From the NCBI GenBank assembly GCA_051294375.1, contig CM119266.1, forward strand, positions 9,618,538-9,682,537: 64,000 bases of DNA, written 5' to 3'. The position numbers were made by a program, and so were the translations under genes. Below the pieces are notes generated by a model, which saw nothing but the letters and a program-made list of their open reading frames with translations, was not told where the DNA came from and did not search any database. This stretch comes from Paraspadella gotoi (Eukaryota; Animalia; Chaetognatha). This document shows positions 12,419 to 24,200 of this stretch, one piece after another. How positions within the stretch are numbered: position 1 is the first letter of the stretch; every line of letters begins with the position of its first letter.

Positions 12419-12961
12419 ATGGCGAAGGGGTCGACGGCGGACCCTTGGGGAGAATTCGACGAAGGAGCTACCCAAGGACCGGGGATTGGATTCGAGGACG
12501 ATTTCGTCGCGGGGGCCACGCCCACTCCCTCCCCCATTAACTTTATTCCTCGCGTTCACGATGATTCTCTTCCGACGGAGACCAAAACGACGACGCTTCC
12601 TTTGGTATCCTTCCCTCCGTTGCGCGATCCCCGAACGCCCTTGTCCTCCGAAGAGTACGTCGCTCGATTGGAGGCCCGGTTGATACGGATCAAAAGTGGC
12701 GGCGGGAAGGGCCTCTCGACCCCGGCGAAAAAAATGATCGACGCTCTCGCCGGGGTCAGAGAATCACGCGTTCGCGAACTCGCCGACGGCAGCGTCGAAC
12801 GAGTCTTCGTTGACGAATCTTCGGACGGAAGCAGAATCCAACTCAATCCCAACGCCCTCGTTCAAAGAATGTTCCCGGAGAAATCGCCCCTCACCGCTGA
12901 AGAGTTGGAATGGCTCATCAATCACGACCAGCTCGAATGCATCAAGGATTGCGAACGATAA
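12419..12961 (+). CDS. CCDC32: CCDC32 (C15orf57)-like protein, intronless
   Basis: 180 aa with DPW, FEDDF, PLSSEEYVARLEARLIRIK and FPEKSPLTAEELEWLI motifs, resembling the recalled CCDC32 blocks (PLQDSEVYLASLEKKLRRIK; LQPDKVAVSTEEVQYLI). Strong Kozak context ACCATGG. Confidence 0.8.
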   Translation: MAKGSTADPWGEFDEGATQGPGIGFEDDFVAGATPTPSPINFIPRVHDDSLPTETKTTTLPLVSFPPLRDPRTPLSSEEYVARLEARLIRIKSGGGKGLSTPAKKMIDALAGVRESRVRELADGSVERVFVDESSDGSRIQLNPNALVQRMFPEKSPLTAEELEWLINHDQLECIKDCER

Positions 12962-13271
12962 CCGGATTTTTTTTTTTTGTTCGTTAAATGTTCATTACAT
13001 TTCAATAACTCTTACCGTTCTTGATGTTCAGATAGACTTAGTCAATAATTATGTGACGTAATTAAAACGTAATTATATGTAATTGTATAAAATAATTAAA
13101 TTTTTTTAAGTATTATTATTTTTCTTGGCTGTAAATTAAATTCCATTAAATTTCTCATAATAATTTTCTCGTTTTGGTTTCAAATTAAATCCATCTGTCA
13201 CATTTAACATCCTGTTCATCAACTACCTGTATATCTTGTCTCAGATATGATTAATTGGCTCAAAGACAAAC

Positions 13272-14197
13272 ATGCAATCGGAAGCGATCCACGCTTTCTT
13301 TCCAGTTTTCATCGGCACAGTGCTTTGCACTCTCATCACCTTCAAGGGTGTTTTTGACGAGAACCTCGGCGTCGGCACTGGACGGGAAGAATACGCCGAA
13401 AAGCCGGATCCTATAATTTACGGCCCGAAACTGATAGAAGATTTAAAATTTCCCGCCAACGCTTTCGTGAACGTTCTTTACACCGTCATCGGAACTTACT
13501 GGTTCATGAAAAGTTTGCTTAACGATCCCGCTTCAAAGTTAGACGTTGGCCAGCAGTCGGGAGTCTTTTATCGAAGAACTTGCGGCGATGCCTACATGAC
13601 GTCGGTTTTTGCCTGGATGGGAATCATCTACGGCCCATATCAATTTCTCAGAATAACAACGCAATCTCACCGATTCGCCGTCTTGGATCAATGGTTCACG
13701 TTCCCATTTTTTTCATGGGTGATGTGCTGGACAATTCATTCGCTCCACGAAAACTGCAATTGGATCTATTTTTTGCTTATTGAAACGATTTCTCTCGGCT
13801 CGTATTTTTTGACTTTGTATTCGTTGCATGCATTCGACGTAATTTTAGTATTACATATATTATTCGCCGTCGGTGGAGCGATTTACTTGCTGCACAAATA
13901 TCCCAATAGAGGTAATTAGCTACAAAGCTCATAAAAGACCTGATTCCCTTTAAAATTTTAATCTTCTTTTCTTCAGGTTTAACCATTGATTTCGTTTGTG
14001 CGATTTTCTGCACTTGTGGGTTTGTGTTTCTGAAACTTGGGGATCACTACTTGGCAAGTCTTCATCCATTTTTTTCGATACTCAGTGGACATTTTTGGTC
14101 GAAAATATTTGATTCTTTACAAATTCACTTTGTATGCCGCCTTTTTGAAAAGTTTAATTATGTTGATTATCGTCGGATCGCAAAAAAGAATAATTAA
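13272..14197 (+). CDS. TMEM187: Transmembrane protein 187, 2 exons
   Basis: EEYAEKP, YGPYQFLRITTQSHRFAVLDQWFTFPFFSW; exon 2 CGFVFLKLGDHYL...SGHFWSKIFDSLQIHF; TAA 14195-14197. Confidence 0.9.
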
Positions 14198-14310
14198 TTT
14201 ATTTATACCCGTTTTATTTCATTAAAATTAGTTAAAAAAATTTTTTCCCTTGATCTAGATTCATTTTTTGTCATTGTTTGATAAAAATCAATCCGTTTCG
14301 CCTCTCGAAA

Positions 14311-15871
14311 ATGCAACACTATTTAAGAACAACGAGAGATGTCCTCTTATCTATTCAGTCGATTGGAGAGATTATTGATGTGGTGATGGGAAATGAAGCC
14401 TGTGACTTAGACTCAGCAGTTTCTGCTATTGTTTATGGATTTTATCTTCAATCTAAAAAAGGCGTAAGTTGTGTATAGAAACTTGCATGCCTATGCTTTT
14501 CAAGTTATAATTTCACACTGTGTATTTTCATACACTTTTTTCAAAACTTCTTTTAATGCTACCAGAGAATAACCCCCACTTCACCACACAATGTAAGTAA
14601 CGAATTTGCTCCTTGTTACAATCTTTGTCAGCACAATGCTTCAGTGTTACCGCTTATGAACATACCAAAAAAAGAATTACCTTTGCGAACTGAAGTAACG
14701 TTTCTTCTGAACGAATATGAACTCCTGCAGGTATTCGTATTTAATGGAATTTAATTCTTGTAACTTTGCAGAAAGTGTAAATTTGTTCGTTCTATTACGT
14801 ATAGAATTCCTTAAGCTTTCGAGATGAGATTGATTTGAAAAGGCTACTAGAGGACAAAAGATTGCAAATACACCTTGTTGATCACAACAAACTTTTTGGA
14901 AATGACGCTGAATTAGATGAAGCTGGTAAGATTCACTGTTGTAAACACAATCGTTTGGTGAAATCCATGTTTGCCTTCACTTTCTGTTTTAGTCGTTGAA
15001 GTTATTGACCATCACAAAGAAGAGAGGTTGCCATCGAAGAACTGTACCACTAACATTGAGATGGTCGGCTCATGCTGCACTTTGATTGCAGAAACTATAC
15101 TCAAGGAATCTCCGGAGTTTCTCACTTCGGACTCGGCTTTAATACCTCTCTTGTTGGGGACGATTCTTTTAGACACAGTCAACTTGTCTCACCAAGCAGG
15201 ACGAGCCACAGCGAAAGACTTCAAAATAGTCGAGCAGCTTCATAAGTTACGACCTCACTTAAATAAAAATGAAGTTTTTGCTAAACTTCAAAGCGCCAAA
15301 TTTGACGTTTCAACGCTTTCTACCAAAAATCTCCTTAGAAAAGGTAGTTTTATAAAGTAGCAGAGCTTAGTGGATTTGATAATAAAGCGAAATTATTTTG
15401 GCAGATATGAAGGCAGTTCATGGTGTGTCTTCTTCGCCGACATTGGGACACTTTGCAGTTGCAATATCGTCTATTACCATGCATTTAAAAGATTTTTTGA
15501 AGAGGGAAAATGTTGAGCAGGAAATGATGGATTTCGCAATCGCTGAAGAATTTTCCGTAATAGTGCTCATGGGAATAATAACAAATGAAAACGGTAAATC
15601 TTCATTCTTATTAATAATATTGGATTTCAGATTAAAATTGCCTTAAATTTTCAATTTAGGCGATATCGAAAGGCAACTGGGAATTTATTCCACAAATGTT
15701 AATCAGCGTGAAATGATCGTATCTTGTTTACAATCCATATCACTCGATCTTCAACTGCTGAAACTTCCTGGAGTCACATTAGCAAATACTGCCGCTTTTA
15801 CTCAAGCGAATGTTAAATCATCGAGAAAACAAATTCTTCCAGCGTTAAAAGAATTTTTAAAAACTGTTTAA
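14311..15871 (+). CDS. PRUNE1: Prune exopolyphosphatase (DHH/DHHA2 family), multi-exon
   Basis: VVMGNEACDLDSAVSA, LVDHN, VIDHH, VGSCCTLI, GTILLDTVN, and C-terminal SSRKQILP; TAA 15869-15871. Confidence 0.92.
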
Positions 15872-16426
15872 CTTTGAGGGTCATTGGTTAAATTCGGCTG
15901 TTTTATTTATTTAATAGATTCGAGCGTCGACTATGATTATTTCATCGTACAGTATTGCTCAAAACTTCCATTGCATGTTCTTGTTTAATATAATCACCAC
16001 AGGAGTGCATTATTTTCGCCCTTTCTGGTTGTATTTTAATCTTTCCTCAACAAGATCACTTTTGTGTTAAATATTACAAGCTTGAAAAGTTTAACTTTTA
16101 AGAATTAATGTACTTGCCCACAAAAAAATCCAAAGTTTACTTGTCTAAATTTAATCTCTTATTCACAGTTTCATCGGCATTACAAGTTTTATATTTATTA
16201 ATTATTTTGCGGATCTTATGAGAAAAATCTTCACATTTACTTTTTTTCGTAGAACTTTAGCTTTCTCCTGTTTTTCGAATTGAACGTCTCAGAGAGTATA
16301 AGTTAAAACATTAATGACAATAAGAACTGAACTGTGATATTGTTTACATGTTCAAAGTTTTATTGTTTAACTTTTTGCTATGACTATCCATATCTACTAT
16401 TCACGATCTCCATTTTTTCTCCAGCA

Positions 16427-17330
16427 ATGAGTTCCCAAAAAGGCAAACCCGCCAACGCCAAAACTGCCTACAACTTTTTTTCGTCGTTGATGCACGCAGA
16501 GTTCAAGGCGACGCATCCGGGAAAAGCTGTTGATTTCGCCGACTTTCAGAGACGTTGCGCCGCGAAATGGAAGGGACTGTCCAAGCTGGAAAAGGAGCCT
16601 TTCGAAGTTATGGCTTCTCTAGACAAGCAACGGTATCAAGCCGGTCAGTTAATATTACATTGCTACTCTCCTCAATATTGCCGTCATCCTGATTCCCTGC
16701 TGTGGTTTTTTCAGAAATCGTCGCCATGCCCTCTCCAAATGGCAAGGAAAAAAAAAAGAAGAAAGTCAAGGACCCCAACGAACCGAAACGACCGCTTTCC
16801 GCGTTTTTTTTGTTTTCCAACGACAAAAGACCCGATTTTAAGACAAATCATCCTGAGATGTCCATAGGTGATGTCACTCAGTGATCCTTTCTGGTTTGCG
16901 TTGAATCATAACGTATTGTATTGCGTCCGTTACAGGCGAGGTCGGCAAAGCCCTGGGTCAAATGTGGCGGGAACTCGACGCTGACAGAAAGCGCGAGTAC
17001 GAGGGTTTGGCCAAGAAAGAGAAGGAAAAGTACGACGCGTTGATGAAGGCCTACAAGAACGGCAACTCGCCGGCGATCGACGCGGAAAATGTCCAAGAGC
17101 AGCTCGATTCCGAGAAAACCAAGGAGCAGCTCGACGATTTCCAAATGTTGGACAATTGTCTCGCCCCCGCGCACGAGGACGACTTCGAAAAGTTAGACGA
17201 TCTTATTCAAAAAGAGGATGAGACTTCGGCTCAACCGCAGTTGAATAATGAGACTAATGAAAAAATGGAGGAGAGCCTTGCCGAGACCGAAGGCTTGAGC
17301 GACTTCGAAAAACTCGATCGCTTAGTTTAA
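16427..17330 (+). CDS. HMGB-like protein: two HMG boxes plus an atypical acidic tail, 3 exons
   Basis: Box [13 protein letters not shown]...[13 protein letters not shown]; box [17 protein letters not shown]...[11 protein letters not shown]...KEKEKY. Confidence 0.88.
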
Positions 17331-17479
17331 TTCGTTTGTTTATGATTTCTTTCCTGTAATAAATACATCAACTTTAAAACTTCCCGCTTTCGCGACTGAT
17401 TACGTATTTGATTTTATTTTTGTTTTCGTTGAAGAAGACTCGCTATATAAGCGCCGAACAATTTTTTTCAATCCAAACT

Positions 17480-17929
17480 ATGGATATCTTCTTCACTTAC
17501 CCTTTCGCCATCTTGGAGTGTCCCAACCTGAAGCTGAAGAAGCCGGGATGGATCCAGCAGCCGTCGGCGATGTTCATGTTCGCCGCCGTGCTGCTCTCCT
17601 ACTTCCTGGTCACCGGCGGTATCATCTACGACGTGATCGTGGAACCCCCAAGCGTCGGCTCCACCACGGATGAGAACGGTCACTCCAAGCCCGTCGCCTT
17701 CATGCCCTATCGCGTCAACGGACAGTATATCATGGAAGGGCTGGCTTCCAGTTTTCTATTCACCATGGGCGGACTGGGATTCGTCATCCTGGATCAAACC
17801 AACAAACCATCGACGCCGAGACTCAACAGGATTTTGCTGCTCTGCATCGCCTTTGTTTGCATTCTGCTCTCATTCTTCATGTGCAGGATCTTCATGCGCA
17901 TGAAGTTGCCCGGTTACATGATGAACTAA
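17480..17929 (+). CDS. OSTC: Oligosaccharyltransferase subunit OSTC/DC2, intronless
   Basis: [17 protein letters not shown]...[26 protein letters not shown]...[25 protein letters not shown]...FMRMKLPGY. Confidence 0.97.
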   Translation: MDIFFTYPFAILECPNLKLKKPGWIQQPSAMFMFAAVLLSYFLVTGGIIYDVIVEPPSVGSTTDENGHSKPVAFMPYRVNGQYIMEGLASSFLFTMGGLGFVILDQTNKPSTPRLNRILLLCIAFVCILLSFFMCRIFMRMKLPGYMMN

Positions 17930-18228
17930 CTTTAATTTTTCGTTTTTTTCTAAGGCTCGAATTCGTTTCGTTTCGTTAAGCTTAAATTTTACTGCTAGTC
18001 ACATTTTTTTTTGGAAATTATATCATTTAAATGTTAAATATTCATTCTACAATAACCTTTTTTCAAGATGGATTGTTCTTCCTTGTCTCAACGATGAGCG
18101 GCCATTATGTTTTTAAAGAACAGGGAACTTTTCTTCAAGCTTCATTCCTGATTTAACCTTCCTTCGTAGCCTTTTTTTTTTTCAATTTTGCCATCCGGCG
18201 ACCATTGCTTGTCGGAGTGACTTAAACT

Positions 18229-21200
18229 ATGGCAAAAAGAACTCAACCGAGTTGGACACCGCCTTCAGGAAAGGAGTTGCCCAAGCTAAAACTTTTTAAC
18301 AGTTTAACGCGACAAAAAGAAATATTCGTGCCTCAAAATGGGGATCAGGTTCGTTTAATAAATGCAAGTTTGTTGAATAATGTTAAGACTTCACGTTCAA
18401 ACGGTCGCCGTTGTCAATTAGGTCACGTGGTATTCTTGCGGACCGACAGTTTATGACGCATCTCACATGGGACACGCCCGCTCTTACATCTCGTTCGACA
18501 TTTTGCGTCGAGTGTTCGAAGACTATTTTGGCTATAAAGTAATTAGAGAAATTATGCTAGTATATTTAATTAATTATTTATGTTTATATATTTATAAACC
18601 CTATGAATCGATTGCTTTTTGAGGTTTTCTACTGTATGAACATCACTGACATCGACGACAAAATTATTCGCCGCGCTCGTCAGCATCATTTGTTGGAAGA
18701 ATACTTGAAGAAAGATGCGTCTGAGGAGAAAATTAAGAGCGACGTGCTTACAAGCCTCCAGGGTAAGGCTCGATTTCGACTATCTTAAGAAGGAAAGGAA
18801 AGAAAGAGAGAGAGAGACAAAGATTGAGAGAGAGTTCGTTTTGTTGAAACTTTTATCATCGACTCAGCGACAAAAGACAAGCTGGACAAAGCGGACGACC
18901 CCGACAAGAAATCCATGTATCTCCGCCTTGTTCATCAAGTGGAGGAGGCGTTAAAGAAATCTTCCGGGAGCGAACTCGTCGAAAAAGCGAAGGACGTGCT
19001 TATGGATTGGCTGGACGCTCAACACGGATCCGAGGTCGGAGGTCGATGCGTCTATCCTATTGATTTTATACTATGAAATTGTTAAAACCAATATAACAAT
19101 TATCAATTCATTTAATAAATGAGCTATCTTCCCCCTGACTTAAGACAGGCTTTGGTGGTTTAAGGCTTCCATTACTCTACAAGATAATGACATAGCAGAT
19201 CCCTGCAAGCTTTCAATCAAGACTCTCCCACAGTCTCGTTTATTCACTCCCAGAGTACCTGGCTTCCCTATCAATGAAGTGGTATAATATTTTAGAAAAT
19301 GTTTCAATTGTATGAATAGACACTCCCTTAAGTATTAGATCGGGGAATACTATGTAATGTAATATATATATATATATATTTAGGCCGGAACAGGTTGAAA
19401 ACTAGAAGTTCTCTCAAATAAATAATGGTAAAGTGACTGTTAGAGAATATGAAAATAAAAATAATTTTAAAAAAATATTTCATTAATAAGCGCACGGAAG
19501 CCTTTAAAGATTATTTTATTACTATATAAAGTTAAAATTTTTTTTGAATTTGTCAATTTTTTTTGATAGATTCTGATAGAGCTTTAAAAGTTAGATAAAG
19601 GTTATTAATACAAATTTTTAAAATTTTTTTGTTTTATTGGTAAAAATTTAAAAAACTATAAAATTCAGCCAATGATGAATGATGATTGATGATTTTTTAA
19701 CGTTTTTTTTGTTTTTAACCAATTTCTTGTCAAAATTTTAAAAAATTTTAGTACTAACTTTCATTTAACTTTTCAAGCTCTATAAGAATCCGTTCTTAAA
19801 AAATAATTTTTTTAAAAAAAATTTTGTCATTTGTTATATATTAATAAATATTTAAAAGCTTCAGTGCAACAACCCAATGAACTAATTCAAAAGTTGCCAT
19901 TGAAAATCGATTTAGTAATAGAAGGAAAAAAGAAATTTTTTTAGAAGAATTAGAAGTTATAAAAAGTGTTTCAATTTTGGCCCGCCTTAATATATATATA
20001 TTAATTTTGGACTCTCGTTCTTTTGCAGGTGACGGACAATTCTATCTTTTCCCAATTACCTCGTCACTGGGAAGAAGAGTACCATTCGGATATGGACCGA
20101 CTCAACGTGAAGCCGGCCGACGTGTTGACGCGCGTATCGGACTACGTGCCGGAGATCGTAACTTATGTGGAGAAGATCATCGAAAACGGTTTCGCCTACG
20201 AGAGCCGCGGATCTGTCTACTTTTCCGTGGCGCGGTTTGACGCCAACGAGCGTCATCATTACGCCAAACTCGTGCCGGAAGCCGTCGGCGATGCGGCGGC
20301 GCTTCAAGAGGGAGAGGGAGATCTTAGTCTCGGAGCCGATAGATTGACGGGTATGAAACTAAAAAGTTTGGAGACATTATTTATTAGTAAAGTGTTAATG
20401 ATCAACATCACAGTAAATCCACCTAAATATGTGAATATATATAAATGGTTTTGCGTTTGCGTCAATAATAAATCGTTAGTTGTGAAGATATGGCGCAACA
20501 ATAATAATGATTTAATTTTAGTGATGATTTACATTTAATTTTAGAAAAACGTTCTCCCTCCGATTTCGCCCTTTGGAAGGCGTCCAAGCCCGGCGAACCT
20601 TCTTGGCCGTCGCCGTGGGGTCCCGGTCGCCCTGGATGGCACATCGAATGTTCGGTCATGGCTTCCGCCATTCTCGGTCGTTCCATGGACATTCACACCG
20701 GCGGTTTCGATCTCAAGTTCCCCCACCACGACAACGAGATGGCTCAGGCGGAGGCCTACTACGGCAACGACGAATGGGTCCGCTACTTTCTCCACGCGGG
20801 TCATCTCACCATCGCCGGATGCAAGATGAGCAAAAGCCTCAAAAACTTCGTCACCATCAACGACGCTCTCGCCTCTTACAGCTACACTCAGCTCAGACTT
20901 CTTTTCCTTTTGCACTCGTGGAAGGACACGCTTGACTATTCTCCCAACACTTTGGAAAAGGCAAAGATTTTCGAGAAATACTTGCGCGAGTTTTTTCTCA
21001 CCGTCAAGAGCTTGTTGAGAACGTTGCCGGAAGACTATACATCGGCCTTCTCCAAATGGGGCGATGAGGAAATTCAACTCAACGAAAAATTTAAAGTGAG
21101 TGTAGTTGTCTTTGCGGGGTTTTGCAAGGAGGGGGTCCGAGATATTTGCAATGTAATTATATTTTTGATTTCGGTGGGTTTAACTTTAAGTATCGTCATA

Positions 21201-24200
21201 ATACTCATATTTTTTCTTTTGTCTTCGACATAATGCACGACGAATCCTATCCTCATAATACGAAATAGTTCAATTACAACTTAAATTTCGTTGTATTTTC
21301 TAATGTTTTTCTTCTAATTAAACTTTAAATGCATTAAATCGAAACACTTGCTTCACGAGTCCTCCCACTGAAAACAAGAAATCTATGCAGCCTGAAACAA
21401 TTTATTTTCAATAATATCATAAAAAAATTTCATAGCCCTTTGACTAAATCAAATCATTCATTTCTCAATTCGTTTCAGGACAGCAATTTTAATAGCTCCT
21501 CAGATTTCTTTTGCAAGTCTACGTGACTGTCCGACTTCAGCGACATCAACGGTTGAATGGCCTGCTCGAGAGCTTCTCTCGCCTTGACCAATCCGTTGGG
21601 TGATTTAATGATCTTCTCCAAAATCTCTACGGAGACCTTTCGCAGTACCACATACTTTTTGTTGATCATGTTTTGCATCGCCGCTTTGATCATGGGCTTG
21701 ACGAGAGCGTTGAGCTCGTCCCTTCGCACACTCTCCGTGGATTCTCTTAAATGCCAATGCTTCTCCGCCACCATCGCCAATCCTTTCAACGCCGACAGTC
21801 GGACCTTCCACGAGTGCAAGTCGGAGGATCGAAGAGCGAGCGCATTGATGGCATCCCGAGCCGCCAGGTTTTCTTCTCTCTGCGGCGGCTTGTTGACGGG
21901 AAAGGCGCGCCCGAGGGATTCTAGCGCCGACTCTTCGAATTCCAGTCGCGAGGTTGATCTTTTGTTCCCGTCGTGCTCCATGTCTTCGTCGCCGTCGCCT
22001 TCTCCTCTTTTCTTGAGACGCATGATGACGATTTCGGCTAAGTCGGGAAATTTCTCGTATTCTCCCCACGTCTCGATGACACGGGAGGCGCAATCGACGG
22101 CGACTCGTTTGTAGAACAAGTGATCTTTTCTGGCCTCGCGAAGAAGCGTGGAAAGCAAGGACGATCGCATGGCTAAAAGCGGATCCTTGAGATTATCACC
22201 GTCGATTTCCATGTCGCTTTCCTCGCGAGAGAAAAATCGCTGTTCAAAAAGAATAAAAATTTCTTCTTTGGTGATAAACGAAGCTGAAATTTAAAAGAAA
22301 AAAAAGGAAAAAGATACCTTGTATTGACAACAAAGATGCTGCGTGGCTTCGAGCAGCGCCTCCTTCCCCTCCCAAGTCCGCCCGCTCAATCCCTGGATGG
22401 TCACGCCTTCGAGCAAGCGCTTCAGGAGTTTCGGATCCATCTTTTCCTGAGGCAAACATTGAGCGACGGTCGATGCCGCGCGACCCGCTTGTGCTCTTAT
22501 GCCGCACAACTCCAGAGACAGCGTCGAATTTATGATATGGACAATTTCCTTCAAAGCAGGGGTGGGTACCGATTTCATAAGGCATATCCTTAAAATTGCT
22601 AGTATCGTGTGCCTCCTGAGTCCTGATACCTTGAGGAAAACGTGTATCCCCGTTTCCATCCCGGGCGTCACATCCGTCCAAATCTTCAGCCATCCTTCGG
22701 CGGCGCCGTCGTCAGTGACATCTTCGTCGTCTCGCTCGTGCATGGCAATGAACGCAAGCGGCATCGCGTGTTTGCCGTGCTCCTTTAGCCGGTCCGGCGC
22801 GTGCCTCGAGATGGCGCTCATCGCCGATTCGCAGGCTCGTCTAAGGTCGCGCTCTTCTGGCGACTTCTCCAAGTACCATGCCTTGAGCTTGTCGAGCGTT
22901 TTGTCGAGGGTTTTAGCTGGAGCAACCTTCGCCAAGTGTCCGACGGCCTGTAAAAGAAGGGAGATGAGTTTCACTATGGACATATCAATAGCTATTGTTT
23001 CGTAATAGACTGACTGTTGAAAATGTTCTTCGCACTCCGGACTGCCTGTCGGAGAGACCGCCGAGCAGCGGAGACATAAACTTGGGCGCATAAGGCTCCA
23101 CCACGGCGGGTATTTGAAAGACGAAGGCGATAACCAGATCAGCTGCGGCGGCTCTTGTAGCCATTCCAGTTCCGGACTTCAAGATTTCAACGAGGGTCGG
23201 CTCTAGCGCCCCCATTACTTCATCGTCGACAAACTGGATGCAATACTTGAGCGTCTCCATGATCGGTGAGGTGGTGGTCGAAGATTTACGTGAGTCGTCC
23301 AGCTTGTGTTGAACGTCGACACAATCTATTCTCACCAAACTGAGGCTCAAATGATTTAATGATGAAGATTCAGGACCACTGACGGCTTCCAACAGCGCCG
23401 GCATCAGACGCGCCAAATGAGGTGTGAGCATGATACCCGTTTGACGGGATAACTTCTGCATGGTGTCCAGAACGAGGCTGCGGATATCTGAGTTTTTGCT
23501 CGAGTAGACGCCGTTCTCCAACAAAATTGGAAGTGTGACGTTAATGGCAAGGGCACCGAGATTTCCGTTGTTTGTGTCACAGGCAAGAATGCTGACGTGA
23601 ATGGTCATTCTAAAAATATAAAAAATAAGGAAACTTCGAGATTCGGTCAATAGTAGTTAATGAAAATGTTAATGAAATACTTTGCTGTCGCCATTGCTGC
23701 CTTCCGAACTGACTCTTTGACGTCGTCCAACCTCGCCAACACGATCTTCCAAATTCTTCCCAACCTCTCCACGACGACAGGATTTAGCGCCCTTCCCCTC
23801 AAAACCTCTGTTAGTCCCGCGCAACATGACTCCCGCACCACCGAATTGCGATTCTCGCTCTCTAGTAAAAGTTCCTCGAGCACGCCCTCCAGATGGGCGT
23901 CAACTATGGCTTTCTTCTCGCTCGGAACCAAAGCCTGCCAGATTGACGACATGGCCGCCTGGATCTTGACCTCAGGGTCATTAAGGTAGCGAAAGAGCTT
24001 TGGCACCAACGCCTCCATGTGTGGCGCCAGTTGACGTCTCGCTTCGGACGCGATCTCGGCATGGCGACGGCGACCAGCGAAGGAGGCGGCAAGGCCAGGG
24101 GTCTTTAGGTTCGAGTTTTTGTGGGCGAGATAGATTAGCTTGTAGACGAGTTCGGGCTGCTTGAGCTCTAGGGCAATAGCTGCCAATTCGCGATAGGCCG

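Noticed and set aside
12410-12424. NOP10-CCDC32 fusion by stop-codon readthrough
   Set aside because: The ORFs are out of frame by the 2-nt spacer, and NOP10 is already full length with a TAA stop.
22548-22630. Apparent insertion [27 protein letters not shown] in ECM29
   Set aside because: Bounded by GTATC and AG on the minus strand; most simply a stop-free intron read through by the ORF finder.
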